The translations under genes were made by a program, and so were the position numbers. This document shows, piece after piece, positions 62,250-64,000 of a stretch of DNA of 64,000 bases. The DNA is from Lama guanicoe (lineage: Eukaryota), in the NCBI GenBank assembly GCA_013239625.1, contig MU056311.1:62001-126000 (forward strand), read 5' to 3'. The notes beneath the pieces are model-generated. The model had not been told where the DNA came from and ran no database searches. It saw only the letters and a program-made list of their open reading frames with translations. Numbering within the stretch: the first letter of the stretch is position 1; the number at the start of each line of letters is the position of its first letter.

Positions 62250-63340
62250 CATCTCATGCCAAACCACCATTTCTTTGCCTTGGCTTTATTTCCTACTCAC
62301 AGAGTTTCCAATTTTTTCCATAAAATTCACTCATTCTTTCAGAAATGCGCATGCTGTTCCGTATGATGCTATCATGAGGATGGACGATGTTTTTAGTCCA
62401 TTTCCTTCTTGATGAGCATCTGTGTTGCTTGCATCTTTTTAGAATTACGATGCTCTGCCGTCTGCCTTGTTTACATGTCTTCCAATTTTTAAAAAGTACA
62501 TTCATAATTTAAATTCCTAATCCTGGAATCGCTCATCAAAGTTTAATGTGCATCTTAAATGTAGATATTTATTGGCAACATCCTCTGAAACGCTGGTGCC
62601 AGTTTTCTTTCTTGCCTGAGTGCAAGGGTGTGGTGTTTCTGCCACAATTCACAAGGACTGTCTGCCAGTTGCCAAGAAGTTTGTATTAAGTCACTGTCTA
62701 GAGATGCATGTTTTCCCAAAGGTTAGCACCCTTCCCTGTCTCAGCTGGGTATCTGTGTCTTCTCTGTGAAACTTCAGTCCAGTGGTAAATTGCTCATTTT
62801 TCTGTTTGGGTGTTTCTTTTTCTTACAGATTTGCATGAATTTTTTTTTGTCATTAAAGGGAATTAACTATAATATATATCATGCAATTCAAATTGTTCAT
62901 GAGTTTTTTCCTCAGCAGATGTTTTTAGCAACATTATCAATCTGGGAAAAATGGAGTATTTTTTGAATGTTTAAGTTCTGAGAACAGTTAGAATAATGCA
63001 TGACTGAGAGTGTGCACTAAATGTCATTCAGATGGCACTATTATTAATACAAATAGAAGGAACTTCCATCTCAAGACTATATATATGTATTTGCACTTTC
63101 TTCTGTATCTCGTATACTTTCATTTTCATTTTGAGTTTTGACAAACTTGGATCATCATGTTAGGGTTTTTACTGTGTGCAAATAATCACAATAGCATTTT
63201 TTGACAAAATCTCATACCATCATTGATGCAAACCTTAGAGTGATCTAAATCCCCGTGTGTCTGGGTTTGTTTCTGAACAACTATCCCGTTGATGTATATG
63301 AAATAACAATGTTAATTCTTTGAAGTTTTATAATATATTT
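62250..63340 (-). mobile_element. Old degraded L1ME-like fragments
   Basis: gatgagcatctgtgttgctt, ctggaatcgct, ttgctcatttttctgtttggg, tgtgtctgggtttgtttctg. Confidence 0.5.
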
Positions 63341-63349
63341 TAAATTAAT

Positions 63350-64000
63350 TAACTAATTTTTATTGAATGAAAGATTCTTTAAATTCTATAGTGCTTTACA
63401 ATTTTCCAAAGTTTCACACATAGAATTTCATATAATTCTGTAATAACCCCTTTTTTTCCCTACCTCTGTATTGCCCCTAATGGCTTCCTTCTCCCCACGG
63501 GAAACCACTAGTTTGATTCTCTGTATCTTTGATTCTGCTGCTTTTTTTGTTTTATTCACAACTTTGCTGTATTTTTTAGAATCCACATATAAATGATTTC
63601 ATATAGTATTTGTCTTTCTCTGTCTGACTTATTTCACTTAGCACAATGCCATCCAAGTCCATCTATGTTGCTGAAAATGGCAACATTTCATTCTTTTTGA
63701 TGGCTGAGTACTATTATTCCATGTGTGCGTGTATACATATGTATATACACACCACATCTCCTTTATCCAGTCATTTGTAGACAGACACTTAGGTTGCTTC
63801 CATACCTTCACAATTGTAAATAACACTACTGTGAACGTTGGGGTGCATGTATCTTTTTGAATTGGTGCTTTTGTTCTTTTATTTTTGACATATATACCCA
63901 GAAATGGAATTGCTGGATCGTATGATAATTCTATTTATAGTTTTTTGAGAAACTGCCATAATGTTTTCCATAGCGGCTGTACCAATTTCCATTTCCACCA
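63350..64000 (-). mobile_element. L1 3' end (laurasiatherian/artiodactyl type), running off the window
   Basis: aaccactagtttg, gtatttgtctttctctgtctgacttatttcacttagc; minus translation LFTIVKVWKQPKCLSTNDWIKEMW (ORF2 C-terminus). Confidence 0.9.

Noticed and set aside
1-64000. CRISPR arrays, operons, prokaryotic defence systems, rRNA
   Set aside because: The sequence is mammalian; no regularly spaced repeats, dense coding regions or rRNA motifs were seen.

Overview
Mammalian genomic DNA, most likely a camelid (a Vic-1-like tRNA-Ala SINE and camelid-type L1 3' tails are present; no Alu, B1, Bov-tA or PRE-1 was seen). The only protein-coding sequence I can support is the 85-bp first coding exon of CSMD1 on the minus strand (23459-23543, signal peptide MTAWRKFKSLLLLLVLLVLFAGLLTAAK-G, GT donor at 23458). 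It lies in a ~3.7 kb CpG island (~20.55-24.3 kb). Positions 1-23458 are CSMD1 intron 1, with a 194-N assembly gap at 4670-4863. Positions ~24.3-64 kb are upstream intergenic DNA with many old repeats (L1, L2, MIR, MaLR and ERVL LTRs). The other ORF-track entries are chance ORFs, GC-rich artefacts or L1 relics. I found no convincing new biological system. Points worth follow-up: three upstream AUGs in the CSMD1 leader; a (CG)8(CA)n Z-DNA-prone tract in the island; an orphan CpG-island/promoter-like region at ~52.8-54.3 kb built partly from GC-shifted L1 relics; a ~490-bp non-repeat insert with TSD and A-tail inside an old L1; two 5'-inverted L1 insertions; and a perfect 29-bp duplication 1.45 kb apart preceded by stuttered sequence. 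Repeat family names come from recalled consensus sequences and repeat boundaries are approximate.
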